64,000 nt of DNA. It comes from an uncultured Ruminococcus sp. (lineage in GTDB: Bacteria > Bacillota > Clostridia > Oscillospirales > Acutalibacteraceae). Under the pieces are notes generated by a model. It did no database searches. It saw only the letters and a list, made by a program, of their open reading frames with translations, and was not told the DNA's origin. The stretch lies in NCBI GenBank assembly GCA_904393835.1, contig CAJFNC010000009.1:8660-72659 (forward strand), written 5' to 3'. Both the position numbers and the translations under genes were made by a program. Numbering within the stretch: the stretch's first letter is position 1; each line of letters begins with the position of its first letter. Positions 18,611-29,018 of this stretch are shown here, one piece after another.

Positions 18611-19873
18611 TTGAAAGAACTTATTGAGCACAAACTAAAGTCGGCGTTTGTGTATGTAAAAACATTTTTAAAATGGACTTTGATTGCAGCTGTACTGGGA
18701 CTTACAGGCGGCGCTATAGGCTCGCTGTTCAGCATATGTATTAAGTATGCTAATGAATATAATGAAAATTTATGGTATCTGACGCTGTTTATGCCGATTG
18801 GCGGCATTATCATTGTTGCGCTGTATAAGCTGTGTAAAATTGACAATGACCCCGGTACAAACTGCGTTATCGAGTCGATACGCAGCCAAAGTCATGTGCC
18901 GTATGCAATGGCGCCGCTGATTTTCGTGAGTACAATTATAACTCATCTTACGGGCGGTTCTGCAGGTCGTGAGGGCGCAGCTCTTCAGCTGGGCGGAAGC
19001 ATCGGTACTGCGCTGGGACGTATACTAAAGCTTGACGAAAGCGACCTGCATATTGCAATTATGTGCGGAATGAGCGCAGTTTTTTCGGCTTTGTTTTGCA
19101 CTCCTATTACAGCGGCATTTTTCGCACTTGAAGTAATAAGCGTAGGCGCGGCGTATTACGCGGCTCTTGTCCCCTGCTTTACGGCATCAATTGTTTCTTA
19201 CTTTACAGCGCTGAAACTTGGTGTTGAACCGCTCAGATTTATTATTGAAAACACCATACCTGCTTTTGACCTGCTTAATTTTGTGAGGATTATCGGGCTT
19301 TCGGCAGCCTGTGCGTTAATCAGTATTCTCTTCTGTGTAGTGATGAGAAAAACTCAAAAATACGCCAAAAAATTTCTTAAAAATGAATATCTGCGCGCGG
19401 CAGTCGGCGGTGCATTAATCATTTTACTGACATTTTCGGTCGGCTGCAAAGACTACAACGGCGCAGGCACTCACATAATTCAAACTGCGTTGAGCGGTCA
19501 TGCGAAACCGGAAGCGTTTCTTCTGAAAATTCTGTTTACCGCAATTACAATCGGCTGCGGATACAAGGGCGGTGAGATAGTTCCCACGCTGTTTATCGGT
19601 TCTGCATTCGGTTGCGTGATGGGCGGATTTTTGGGAATCAACCCAATATTCGGCGCGGCTATGGGTATGATTTGCCTGTTCTGCGGTGTAATCAACTGCC
19701 CGATTGCTTCAATTCTTTTAAGCGTAGAGGTTTTCGGCGCTCACGGTCTTATTTTCTTTGCCACGGGAGTTGCGGTAAGCTATATGCTCAGCGGTTACTA
19801 CGGACTTTACAGCAGTCAAAAAATTCTTTATTCAAAGCTAAAGGCAAAATTCATAAACATTAACGCTAAATAA
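18611..19873 (+). CDS. ClC/EriC-family chloride channel/antiporter
   Basis: GGSAGREGAALQ, GGEIVPTLF, multiple TM segments. Confidence 0.9.
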   Translation: MKELIEHKLKSAFVYVKTFLKWTLIAAVLGLTGGAIGSLFSICIKYANEYNENLWYLTLFMPIGGIIIVALYKLCKIDNDPGTNCVIESIRSQSHVPYAMAPLIFVSTIITHLTGGSAGREGAALQLGGSIGTALGRILKLDESDLHIAIMCGMSAVFSALFCTPITAAFFALEVISVGAAYYAALVPCFTASIVSYFTALKLGVEPLRFIIENTIPAFDLLNFVRIIGLSAACALISILFCVVMRKTQKYAKKFLKNEYLRAAVGGALIILLTFSVGCKDYNGAGTHIIQTALSGHAKPEAFLLKILFTAITIGCGYKGGEIVPTLFIGSAFGCVMGGFLGINPIFGAAMGMICLFCGVINCPIASILLSVEVFGAHGLIFFATGVAVSYMLSGYYGLYSSQKILYSKLKAKFININAK

Positions 19874-19882
19874 TATAAAATT

Positions 19883-19905
19883 AGGGCTGTTCAATGAACA
19901 GCCCT
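19883..19905. terminator. Probably bidirectional terminator between convergent ClC and Na/Pi genes
   Basis: AGGGCTGTTC-AAT-GAACAGCCCT perfect stem with A-rich and T-rich flanks. Confidence 0.8.
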
Positions 19906-19928
19906 TTACTTTTTGAAATTTTATAAAA

Positions 19929-21686
19929 TCAATTTGTCTGAGGCAAAGCATATTTTTCCTTATATGCCTTGAAATCAGCATTATACTGAACGTCATCAGA
20001 GTTCTTGAGCTCGTGCAGATACTCGTGAGCCTCGTAACCGTTTCTGTTAATTTGGATTACTCCGATTGCAATGTTAGAGCAATGATCCGATACGCGCTCA
20101 ATGCTTGTAATAAGGTCAGTAAACACAAATCCGAGTTCTATTGTACATTCACCGTTTATAAGGCGTTTGATGTGGGATTCTTTTATCTTATCTCTCAAGC
20201 GATCAATTACCTGCTCAAGGGGCTCTACCTTAGCGGCAAGATTAACATCGTTGTTTATAAACGAGTTTGTGGTATTTTCGATAATCTCTTTAAGCGCTCT
20301 TATCATAACATCAATATCCTGCTGAGCTTTTTGAGAAAATTGGATTTTCTTATCGTGCAGTTCTTTAGCGGTTCCGAGAATATTTACCGCGTGGTCGCTT
20401 ATACGTTCAAAATCGCTGATTGTATGCAATATAAGCTGAATAGTTTTACTGTCGCGTTCGGAAAGTGTTTTTGAACTCAGTTTTACAAGATATGTCGAAA
20501 TTACGTCTTCGTAAGAATCAATCAGATCCTCGTTCTCCTGAATTTCTTTTGCCGATTTTTCATCGTAATCGGCAACTACTTTCAGAGAATCAAGCAATGT
20601 GCTTTTACTGAGCATTGCCATTTTTGTACTTAAGCCAAAAGCTCTTTCCGTTGCAATAGAAGGTGTGTTGAGAAAACGCTCATCAAGAAACGGTATGTCG
20701 CTGTCCTCGTCACGGTCACGAATTGTGAGGCAGGCGAGTTTTTCAAGCTGTTTGCTGAGCGGCAGAAGCATAGCTGTTACAATAACGTTAAACAATGTAT
20801 GGATTATCGCAATGTTGGCAGGATTTACTACATCGTCAAGGAAGCCGAAATGCAGAAACAAATTGGCCGTATAGAATACTATTGAAACTACTATTGTACC
20901 GATAATGTTAAAATACAGGTGTACAAAAGCCGCACGCTTTGCGTTTTTCTTGGCACCAATACATGACAAAAGCGCTGTTACACAAGTGCCGATGTTCTGT
21001 CCCATAACAATCGGTATAGCCATTGAATAGGTTATGCTTCCGGTTGAGGAAAGCGCCTGCAAAATTCCGACAGATGCGCTTGAACTCTGAATAATTGCTG
21101 TAAGAATCGCACCTGCAAGAATACCGAGAATCGGATTTTGAAATGCCGTGAGAATACTTGTAAAAGTCGGATCGTCAGCAAGAGGCTCAACAGCCGCACT
21201 CATCATATCCATTCCCACCATCAGCACTGCAAAACCGACAAAAATTGAGCCGACGTTCTTTTTGCCGTTTGACTTGCAGAACATCAGCATAATAATACCG
21301 GCAAGAGCAAAAACAGCCGAAAAACTTGACGGCTTTAAAAGCATCATAAGGAAGCTGTCGCCATCGATGCCGGTAAGACTGAGAATCCACGCTGTAACCG
21401 TTGTGCCGACGTTGGCTCCCATTATAATTCCGATTGCCTGTCTGAGCTTCATAATACCGGAGTTTACAAATCCGACAACCATTACCGTGGTGGCAGATGA
21501 CGACTGAATTACACCGGTAACTGCTGCGCCAAGTAAAAAGCCTTTAAAAGTGCTGTCAGTCATCTTTTCAAGTGTTTTTTCGAGTTTACCGCCTGAAAAC
21601 TTTTCAAGACCGTCGCCCATGGTATTCATACCAAACAGGAAAAGAGACAATCCGCAAAGCAGGCTCAAAGCTGCAAATAAATCCAT
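19929..21686 (-). CDS. Na/Pi cotransporter family protein with PhoU-like C-terminus
   Basis: Two QSSSA repeats, GANVGTT and GQNIGT, C-terminal DFERISDHA and ERVSDHCSNIA. Confidence 0.93.
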   Translation of the reverse strand: MDLFAALSLLCGLSLFLFGMNTMGDGLEKFSGGKLEKTLEKMTDSTFKGFLLGAAVTGVIQSSSATTVMVVGFVNSGIMKLRQAIGIIMGANVGTTVTAWILSLTGIDGDSFLMMLLKPSSFSAVFALAGIIMLMFCKSNGKKNVGSIFVGFAVLMVGMDMMSAAVEPLADDPTFTSILTAFQNPILGILAGAILTAIIQSSSASVGILQALSSTGSITYSMAIPIVMGQNIGTCVTALLSCIGAKKNAKRAAFVHLYFNIIGTIVVSIVFYTANLFLHFGFLDDVVNPANIAIIHTLFNVIVTAMLLPLSKQLEKLACLTIRDRDEDSDIPFLDERFLNTPSIATERAFGLSTKMAMLSKSTLLDSLKVVADYDEKSAKEIQENEDLIDSYEDVISTYLVKLSSKTLSERDSKTIQLILHTISDFERISDHAVNILGTAKELHDKKIQFSQKAQQDIDVMIRALKEIIENTTNSFINNDVNLAAKVEPLEQVIDRLRDKIKESHIKRLINGECTIELGFVFTDLITSIERVSDHCSNIAIGVIQINRNGYEAHEYLHELKNSDDVQYNADFKAYKEKYALPQTN

Positions 21687-21738
21687 AAATACATACTCTC
21701 CTTTATGAGTAAATCATATATAAGGTAAGTAATGTATT

Positions 21739-21766
21739 TGTAAATTTAATGTAAAAATTCTGTAAA
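21739..21766 (-). promoter_or_regulatory. Pho box (three TTTACA at 11-bp period) upstream of the Na/Pi cotransporter
   Basis: TGTAAA on the plus strand at 21739, 21750 and 21761. Confidence 0.75.
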
Positions 21767-21821
21767 GTTTTAGAAATTTGTCAATATTTCGTAAATTTTG
21801 TGTTATTAATAAGATTCCATA

Positions 21822-21937
21822 TTTCAAAACAAGCAGCTCAATGCGCTGCAAATTTAGTGGAGGGATTGTATACCGACGCTGAATTTTGATAATAGACTCA
21901 GCCTTTAACGGCGGCGTCCATTATCCTGTTTGTTATA
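21822..21937 (+). repeat. Dispersed multi-hairpin intergenic repeat, copy 2
   Basis: TTTCAAAACAAGCAGCTCAATGCGCTGC...GCTGAATTTTGATAAT...CTGTTTGTTATA. Confidence 0.85.
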
Positions 21938-22061
21938 TTTTGTATGGAATGTATTTGGGATATGTTTTGATTTTAACATCACAACATAATAATTCCGCTT
22001 TTACTTTTATGAATATGAATTGAACCACCGCAATAGTCGCGCGGTTTTCGGGATATAAAAA

Positions 22062-22091
22062 ACACAGCGGGTATGCAAGTGCCCGCTGTGT
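22062..22091 (-). terminator. Terminator after phoR
   Basis: ACACAGCGGG-10-CCCGCTGTGT stem, T tract on the minus strand. Confidence 0.8.
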
Positions 22092-22094
22092 AAA

Positions 22095-23759
22095 TCAAAA
22101 TTCAACTGTAAATGTTGAACCGCCTTCTCCGCTTTTGAGCGTTACCGTACCGCCGTGACGTTCGGCAATATGCTTAACAATGGCAAGACCAAGGCCTGTA
22201 CCGCCTGTTTCTTTTGAACGGCTCTTATCCACACGATAAAAACGCTCAAATACACGTTTTTGATGCTTTTCGGGAATACCGATTCCGGTATCCGATACCG
22301 TTATATAGGCTCTATCGTCTTTGTCCTTACCTGTCATAATAGTAACAGTACCGTTTGGACGGTTATATCTAATTGCATTATCACATAGGTTATATATCAG
22401 TTCGTAAATCTGATTACGGTTGCCCATAATTGTTACAGGATGTACGTCGGTATTGATTGTGACGTTATGTTTCTGAGCATTTGAACGCAGATCCTCGGCA
22501 ACTTCTTTTGCAACCATAGAACAGTCAACTTTTACAAAGTCTTCATTGTAGATATTCTCATCAAGCTGAGAAAGCTTTATAATATCGCCTATAAGAGACA
22601 GCAATCTGCCTGATTCCTTGTGGATTTTTCCCGCAAATCCCCTTACATCATCGGGACGCGCAAGTCCGCTGGCAATAATTTCGGCATAGCCTGAAATAGA
22701 GGTAAGCGGAGTTTTAAGCTCATGTGTAACATTTGCTGTAAACTCACGGCGCATTTTTTCGACTTTTTTCTTAGCTGAAACGTCAATTATAAGACAAATT
22801 ACGCCGTTTTGCTTTTTATTTGAATAGACGGGATTTGTAATAATCTGGAGTACCCTGCCGTTTATGGTAACATCGCCGTTTTTACCTTTGCCTTTTATGG
22901 CGGAATCAACGCAATCAAGCAAAGAATCACTTCGTGAAAATGTCAAAATACTCTTGCCGACAATGTTCTGTTCTCTTGCTCCCAAAAACTTTGCCGCAGA
23001 GTGATTGCTCATAAGAATCTTTTCATCCATATCGATAAGTATAAAACCTTCCGACATATTCTGAATAAGGGTATTAATTTTATCCTTTTCGAGCTGCAGT
23101 TTTTTGACCTGCTTTTTGATTTCTCGCTGCTGACTGCTGATTTTTTCTGCAAGCGGCACAAGCTCTTCGTATGTAGTGTCATCAAGATCCTGCGTCATTC
23201 TTTCAATCGGCTTAATTATCTTTTTAGTGGTGCAGCGTGAAAGTACTACGCATATAATAAACACACCCGCAACAATTACTATTATTGCCGGAAGCACCTT
23301 TACAAATACCGAAAATATACTGCTGATCGTGTTAGACACACGGATTACATTGCCGTCATTTGTTCTTACTGCATAATAATACGTGGTGCTGTTAAGCGTT
23401 GATGACATACGGTTGCTTGAACCGTACCCGTCTTTTAATGCCCCCTGAACCTCAGGACGGTTTAAATGATTGGACATATTTTCAGCATTTTCCGCACTGT
23501 CATATAATACCGTTCCGTCCTGAGAAATCAATGTAACGCGGGTTGATGAAGAGCTGTAACTTTCCAATTCTGAAATTTCTCCGTCTGCATCGTAATTGCG
23601 CGCAACGGTAATTGCGTAACTTCTTATGTCATTTTCTTCCTGGTCCGCAAATACAAACCAAAAAGCGGCTGTTGAAAAAACAGCCGTCAGAATTATTGAT
23701 ATTATTGCTATTAGAGAAAAAGCCATAAGTAACTTTTTTCTGAGTTTCAACTTATTCAC
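22095..23759 (-). CDS. phoR: Phosphate regulon sensor kinase PhoR
   Basis: Two TM segments, NHLNRPEV, PAS domain, FTANVTHELKTPL, RVDKSRSKETGGTGLGL. Confidence 0.92.
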   Translation of the reverse strand: MNKLKLRKKLLMAFSLIAIISIILTAVFSTAAFWFVFADQEENDIRSYAITVARNYDADGEISELESYSSSSTRVTLISQDGTVLYDSAENAENMSNHLNRPEVQGALKDGYGSSNRMSSTLNSTTYYYAVRTNDGNVIRVSNTISSIFSVFVKVLPAIIVIVAGVFIICVVLSRCTTKKIIKPIERMTQDLDDTTYEELVPLAEKISSQQREIKKQVKKLQLEKDKINTLIQNMSEGFILIDMDEKILMSNHSAAKFLGAREQNIVGKSILTFSRSDSLLDCVDSAIKGKGKNGDVTINGRVLQIITNPVYSNKKQNGVICLIIDVSAKKKVEKMRREFTANVTHELKTPLTSISGYAEIIASGLARPDDVRGFAGKIHKESGRLLSLIGDIIKLSQLDENIYNEDFVKVDCSMVAKEVAEDLRSNAQKHNVTINTDVHPVTIMGNRNQIYELIYNLCDNAIRYNRPNGTVTIMTGKDKDDRAYITVSDTGIGIPEKHQKRVFERFYRVDKSRSKETGGTGLGLAIVKHIAERHGGTVTLKSGEGGSTFTVEF

Positions 23760-24423
23760 CAGCCTTATATCCGACGTTTCTCACGGTTTTGATAAGGTTG
23801 CCGCATTCACCCAGCTTTTGTCTTAAAGTGGTGATGTGCATATCAACTGTACGGCTTTCACCCTCAAAATCATATCCCCAAACATTGAGGATTATGTTTT
23901 CTCTTGTAAGCGCCATACCTTTATTTTTTAACAGATATTTTAACAACTCATATTCCTTATAGGTAAGAGTACAAGGTTCTCCGTTACTTGTGACAATGTG
24001 CTTTGAGTCGTCAAACACAATTCCGCCGAGAGTAATTACCTCTTGACGTGTCTGCGACGAACATCTGCGTAAAATAGCCCTTACCCTTGAAATAAGCTCA
24101 AGCACGGAAAACGGCTTTGTAATATAGTCGTCAGCGCCCATATCAAGCCCTTTGACCTTGTCCATTTCGCTGCCTTTTGCAGTAACAAGTATGACGGGCA
24201 CCGACTTTGTAACGGCGTCTTTTCTTAGCTTTTCAAGCACGGAAAGGCCGTCAAAGTCAGGCAACATAACGTCAAGTATAACAAGATTCGGCATCTGAGT
24301 AAGGCACGCTTTAAAAAAGCTTTTGCTTTCCGGAAAACTTTGAACATCGTATCCGCTGTTTTTTAAAGCATAAGTTTCAAGTTCTCTGATGTCTGTATCA
24401 TCTTCAACAACATATATAAGCAT
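23752..24423 (-). CDS. phoP: OmpR-family response regulator PhoP/PhoB
   Basis: VEDD, LDVMLP, GADDYITKPF, winged helix; follows phoU. Confidence 0.9.
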   Translation of the reverse strand: MLIYVVEDDTDIRELETYALKNSGYDVQSFPESKSFFKACLTQMPNLVILDVMLPDFDGLSVLEKLRKDAVTKSVPVILVTAKGSEMDKVKGLDMGADDYITKPFSVLELISRVRAILRRCSSQTRQEVITLGGIVFDDSKHIVTSNGEPCTLTYKEYELLKYLLKNKGMALTRENIILNVWGYDFEGESRTVDMHITTLRQKLGECGNLIKTVRNVGYKAGE

Positions 24424-24496
24424 TTACATTTGCTCCTCAATTCAGATTAACTGCCGTTTAAATTATTATAACACAGGCATCTGAAAATTAAAACAA

Positions 24497-25144
24497 TTAT
24501 TTTATATCACAGCTGCCTGTAATTGAAAAAGCAACCCACTCGGCAATATTAACGGCGTGGTCGCCGATTCTTTCAAGATACTTTGCAATCATCATAAGAT
24601 CAATTGCCTCAGTACCGAGGTTGCGGTCATTGTGGATAATCTCGACGGTTTCATCTTTAACCTGATCAAAAAGGTTGTCGATAACATCATCGTGCTTATT
24701 TACGGTTTTTGCAAGTTCCAAATCGCTCTTCACGAACGCATCAATTGCAAGTGTAACCATATCTGCCGCTTTAGATGCCATTTCGGAAATGTGAGTCATA
24801 TTAAGAACCGTAGTTCTGTTATTGATGTACTCTGACATTTCGGCAATATCAATCGCCTGATCGCCGATTCTCTCAAGGTCGGTAATCATTTTAAGAGCTG
24901 CGGAAATATATCTCAAATCCTTGGCGACGGGAGCCTGGTGGAGCAAAAGTCTGATGCAATGATTCTGAATTGACTTCTCAGCCTCGTTAATTTTATTTTC
25001 CTGCTCTCTTGCGAAATCAAGGCTTTCATCCTTATCGCTTGTTATAACATCTACCGTGTTTTTAATAGCTTTTTCTACCAAACTGCCCATCTCAATGAGC
25101 TGGTTGTTAAGTTTATCAAGATCTTTATCAAAATATTCTCTCAT
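24497..25144 (-). CDS. phoU: Phosphate signalling protein PhoU
   Basis: QAPVAKDLR, DLERIGDQA, YLERIGDHAVNIAEW. Confidence 0.97.
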   Translation of the reverse strand: MREYFDKDLDKLNNQLIEMGSLVEKAIKNTVDVITSDKDESLDFAREQENKINEAEKSIQNHCIRLLLHQAPVAKDLRYISAALKMITDLERIGDQAIDIAEMSEYINNRTTVLNMTHISEMASKAADMVTLAIDAFVKSDLELAKTVNKHDDVIDNLFDQVKDETVEIIHNDRNLGTEAIDLMMIAKYLERIGDHAVNIAEWVAFSITGSCDIK

Positions 25145-25893
25145 TAGCCGAACCTTCCCGTAATGTATTCTTCTGTACGCTTATCCTTCGGAGCCGAGAA
25201 AATGGTATCTGTTGAACCGTATTCAACCATTTCTCCGAGCAGGAAAAACGCCGTGTTGTTTGAAATACGCAGAGCCTGCTGCATATTATGCGTTACCATA
25301 ACAATTGTGTAGTTATCTTTAAGTTTGAGGCAAAGTTCCTCAATTTTACCCGTGGAAATCGGGTCAAGAGCAGATGTTGCCTCGTCCATAAGCAAAACCT
25401 CGGGTTTTACTGCCAATGCACGCGCAATGCAAAGACGCTGCTGCTGACCGCCCGAAAGACCGAGCGCACTCTTTTTGAGTCTGTCTTTTAATTCGTCCCA
25501 TATAGCTGCGTCACGCAAAGATTCCTCAACAATTTGGTCGAGCTCTTTTTTGTTTTTGATACCGTGTGTACGGGGACCGAACGCAACGTTATCATACACG
25601 CTCATTGGGAACGGATTTGCCTTTTGGAACACCATACCCACTCTTTTTCTTAACAAGTTTATATCCATATCGCCGTAAATATCTTCGCCGTCAAGCTTGA
25701 TTTCACCTGTAATTTTACAACCCTCAACAAGGTCGTTCATTCTGTTGAGCGACTTTAATAAGGTAGATTTACCGCAGCCCGACGGACCGATAAAGGCCGT
25801 TATTTTATTTTTCTCCATACGCAAATTCACGTCTTTTAAAGCGTGAAAATTACCGTAGTAGAGGTTCATATTTTCAACTGTTATTTTATCCAT
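25144..25893 (-). CDS. pstB: Phosphate ABC transporter ATPase PstB
   Basis: [32 protein letters not shown]. Confidence 0.97.
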   Translation of the reverse strand: MDKITVENMNLYYGNFHALKDVNLRMEKNKITAFIGPSGCGKSTLLKSLNRMNDLVEGCKITGEIKLDGEDIYGDMDINLLRKRVGMVFQKANPFPMSVYDNVAFGPRTHGIKNKKELDQIVEESLRDAAIWDELKDRLKKSALGLSGGQQQRLCIARALAVKPEVLLMDEATSALDPISTGKIEELCLKLKDNYTIVMVTHNMQQALRISNNTAFFLLGEMVEYGSTDTIFSAPKDKRTEEYITGRFG

Positions 25894-25901
25894 TTCCCTG
25901 T

Positions 25902-26810
25902 TTATCCTTTCTTGCTACCGAGCTTCTTGGCAATAAACGCCGACAATGTGTTTATACCGAACACCAAAACCAAAAGCACAACCGCAGTACCCCATGCCTG
26001 ATCGGTGTGCAAACCCTCATTTGCCAAAACGTACATATGAACGGCAAGTGAACGTCCGGAACTGAGCGGACCTGCAGCGTAGCCTGTCGCCGAACCGTAG
26101 GTGTAAATCAAAGCTGCTGTTTCACCGACAATTCTGCCGACAGCAAGGATAATACCTGCCAAAATACCCGGCATTGCGCTCGGAAGAATAATTTTTACAA
26201 TCGTTCTGAGCTTACCTGCGCCCAATCCGAAACTGCCTTCACGGTATGAGTCGGGAACAGTGATTAAAGCTTCTTCGGTTGTTCTCATAATTGTAGGAAG
26301 AACCATAATTGCAAGTGTAAAAGCGCCCGCCAAAAGCGAGTACCCCCAGTGAAGCGCCGATACAAAGAACAACATACCAAACAAACCGTAAACGATAGAC
26401 GGAATACCGGCAAGGGTTTCTGCCATTGTTCTGATTACCTTTACAAGCTTGTTTCCTTTTTTGGCATACTCTGCAAGATATATAGCCGCGCCTACACCAA
26501 ATGGTACGGCAATTACAAGAGTAAGTAAAGTAAGCATTATTGTATTGATTATTGAAGGCATACACGAGACATTGTCACTGTTGTAAGTAAGTGAGAACAA
26601 GTCCGGTGTGAGGTTTGGAATACCCTTTACAAGCACATATACAATAATAAACACAAGCGCTGCCGCGGAAAGCGCCGCCGCCAATGCAACCAAAATCAGC
26701 ATTACAAGCGAAAGCGGTTTCTTTTTGTACGAAATCATTCTTTGTTTAAAAGAGACCTTGTTTATCGCCTTAATACTTTTGGGATCGGCAATAATTCTGT
26801 TATCATCCAT
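25902..26810 (-). CDS. pstA: Phosphate ABC transporter permease PstA
   Basis: [23 protein letters not shown]; start moved to MDDNR, overlapping the pstC stop. Confidence 0.95.
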   Translation of the reverse strand: MDDNRIIADPKSIKAINKVSFKQRMISYKKKPLSLVMLILVALAAALSAAALVFIIVYVLVKGIPNLTPDLFSLTYNSDNVSCMPSIINTIMLTLLTLVIAVPFGVGAAIYLAEYAKKGNKLVKVIRTMAETLAGIPSIVYGLFGMLFFVSALHWGYSLLAGAFTLAIMVLPTIMRTTEEALITVPDSYREGSFGLGAGKLRTIVKIILPSAMPGILAGIILAVGRIVGETAALIYTYGSATGYAAGPLSSGRSLAVHMYVLANEGLHTDQAWGTAVVLLVLVFGINTLSAFIAKKLGSKKG

Positions 26811-27675
26811 TCTTTTTCTCACTCCTACTCTTGATAGCCTGCATTGAAAGCGTAATAAGCAAGATAAATACAAAGAGTACAACGCCTGTTGCGATTAGCG
26901 CCTGACGGTGAAGTCCTGTAGAGTAACCCATTTCCATTACAATGTTCGCGGTCATTGTTCTTAAACCGTCGGTAAGTCTTGTAGGAATTTGTACCTGGTT
27001 GCCGGCAATAAGAACTACTGCCATTGTTTCACCTAATGCTCTGCCTATTCCCAAAACAACGCCGGCAAGAACGCCTGACTTTGCGGCGGGAAGAATAGTT
27101 CTGAAAACACTTCTCTCCTTTGTCGCGCCCAAAGCAAGCGCACCTTCATAATAGCTTTCCGGCACTGCTCTGATTGCGGATTCGGAAACGCCGATAATTG
27201 TAGGCAAAATCATTATTCCCAAAACTATAGAAGCCGCAAGCCAGCTTGAACCGTTTCCGCCAAAGTGATCACGGATAAACGGAACTATAACCATAAGTCC
27301 GAAAAAGCCGTAAACAATTGATGGGATACCTGCCAAAAGCTCTGTTGCGGGTTTTAATATTTTATAAAGCGGTTTGGGACAAAATCTGGCAAGAAATACT
27401 GCCGTTAAAATACCGATAGGCACACCGATTACAATTGCGCCTGCCGTTACATATATGCTGGCAATTATCATATTGAATATTCCGTAGCTTGCGGGCACGT
27501 TTGTAGGCGCCCATTTCTGGCCGCCTACAAAATTGAAGAACCCTATTTCCGCCATTGCGGGAACACCGTTATAAAATAAGAATACACAGATAATGACAAC
27601 TGCTGCTATACTTGTTATAGCTGTCAGGAAGAAAACTCCCTGCATTGCCTTTTCACCAAATCTGTTTAATCTCAT
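26803..27675 (-). CDS. pstC: Phosphate ABC transporter permease PstC
   Basis: [22 protein letters not shown]. Confidence 0.95.
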   Translation of the reverse strand: MRLNRFGEKAMQGVFFLTAITSIAAVVIICVFLFYNGVPAMAEIGFFNFVGGQKWAPTNVPASYGIFNMIIASIYVTAGAIVIGVPIGILTAVFLARFCPKPLYKILKPATELLAGIPSIVYGFFGLMVIVPFIRDHFGGNGSSWLAASIVLGIMILPTIIGVSESAIRAVPESYYEGALALGATKERSVFRTILPAAKSGVLAGVVLGIGRALGETMAVVLIAGNQVQIPTRLTDGLRTMTANIVMEMGYSTGLHRQALIATGVVLFVFILLITLSMQAIKSRSEKKNG

Positions 27676-28589
27676 TTAATTATGTCACTCCAAACAGTTG
27701 TTTCTCCTGTATAAATAGATTTAATCTGATCCAATGTGATGTCATCACAGGGGTTTGCATTGTTAACGATGATTGCAATACCATCTTTCGCAATTGTCTG
27801 CGATTTAAGATTCTTTGTTTCATCGTCTTTAAGCTCTCTTGAAGCCATACCGATATCGCATGTGCCCTCTGTTGCAGCCTGCATACCTGCCGATGAGTCT
27901 GATGTCTGAATTTCAACCTTAGCGTTTGTGTTTACTGCCTGATAAGCCTCAGCGAGTTTTTCCATTACCGGGGATACTGATGAAGAACCTGCTACGCTGA
28001 TTTTGCCTGAAGGTTTAGAACCGCTGTATGCTTCAGACTCTGAAACAGATACATAGCCTTCGTCTGTAATAACTTTCTGACCGTCTGAGCTCATAATGTA
28101 GTCAACAAAATCCTGAGCAACTTCGCTGAGTTCGCCCTTGTAAGCAATGTTGAACGGACGGCTGATTGCGTAGTCACCGGATTTTACATTGTCGCCTGTT
28201 GCCTCAACGCCGTTAACCTTAAGAGCCTTTACCGTATCGTTGAGTGAACCGAGTGAAATATAACCGATAGCTGCTTCGTTATCTTTTACGTTTGTAATAA
28301 CAGCCTCTGTGCTGTTGATTGTTACAGCTGAAGATGTTGTGTTGTCGCTCTTATTATCGCCATCTTTTACAAGAACACCTGTAAGTTCCGTGAAAGCATC
28401 TCTTGTACCTGAACCTTCTTCTCTTGTTACTACTGTAATCTGCTTGCTTGTGTCAAAAGATGAACCGCTTGATGAACCGTTGCCGGCATCTGAAGAACTT
28501 TCTGTACTTGAACCGCAGCCCGCAAAAGCTGTTACTGCCAATGTACTCATTACTGTTAATGCTGCAATTTTTTTAATAGCTGTTTTCAT
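27672..28589 (-). CDS. pstS: Phosphate-binding lipoprotein PstS (circularly permuted type)
   Basis: Lipobox FAGC; TREEGSGTRDAF lies before AGSSSVSP; start moved to MKTAIKK. Confidence 0.92.
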   Translation of the reverse strand: MKTAIKKIAALTVMSTLAVTAFAGCGSSTESSSDAGNGSSSGSSFDTSKQITVVTREEGSGTRDAFTELTGVLVKDGDNKSDNTTSSAVTINSTEAVITNVKDNEAAIGYISLGSLNDTVKALKVNGVEATGDNVKSGDYAISRPFNIAYKGELSEVAQDFVDYIMSSDGQKVITDEGYVSVSESEAYSGSKPSGKISVAGSSSVSPVMEKLAEAYQAVNTNAKVEIQTSDSSAGMQAATEGTCDIGMASRELKDDETKNLKSQTIAKDGIAIIVNNANPCDDITLDQIKSIYTGETTVWSDIIK

Positions 28590-28651
28590 TAGTAATTTCT
28601 CCTTAAAATATTCTTGTACTTCTTTGGTACACATTTAGTCTATTTGCTTTT

Positions 28652-28691
28652 TGTAAAGAACATAATATTACGAATGTAAAATCAATGTAAA
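28652..28691 (-). promoter_or_regulatory. Pho box upstream of pstS
   Basis: TGTAAA on the plus strand at 28675 and 28686 (11-bp period), with a third at 28652. Confidence 0.7.
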
Positions 28692-28737
28692 ATTAAATAT
28701 AGTTTTTGTATTGAATTCAATGTTATTACAAAACTGC

Positions 28738-28766
28738 GTGACAACATTAGTTTTTTATGTTATAAT
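28738..28766 (+). promoter_or_regulatory. SigA promoter with extended -10, pointing into repeat copy 3 and trpB2
   Basis: GTGACA, 17-bp spacer, TG-T-TATAAT. Confidence 0.65.
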
Positions 28767-28777
28767 ATCACAAACGC

Positions 28778-28889
28778 TTTCAAATCCGGCAGCGCATTGC
28801 GCTGAAAATTCAGCAGGGATTGTATCCCGCCGCTGAATTTTGATAATGTTCTCAGACTTTAGGACGGGGACATTGTCCTGTTTGTCATA
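28778..28889 (+). repeat. Dispersed multi-hairpin intergenic repeat, copy 3
   Basis: GCAGCGCATTGCGCTG-AAATTCAGC-GGGAT-TGT-ATCCC-GCTGAATTTTGATAATG...CTGTTTGTCATA. Confidence 0.85.
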
Positions 28890-29018
28890 TGTCATCTGTT
28901 TTTATTACTTCATTCGACATATTATTAGGTTAATAAATTGTTTGCTGTTTTAAAAACATATAACATATAATATATTTTGACTATTATGGAAAAATAAATT
29001 CCTACAGGAGGTAAAATT

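Noticed and set aside
22021-22050. GAACCACCGC...GCGGTTTTC hairpin as a riboswitch for the Na/Pi transporter
   Set aside because: It lies upstream of the repeat and the Pho-box promoter region, and I cannot match it to a known motif
28890-29018. T-box or attenuator upstream of trpB2, the aro operon or ilvD
   Set aside because: No T-box consensus (GGTGGTACCGCG-like) or Trp-codon leader peptide seen
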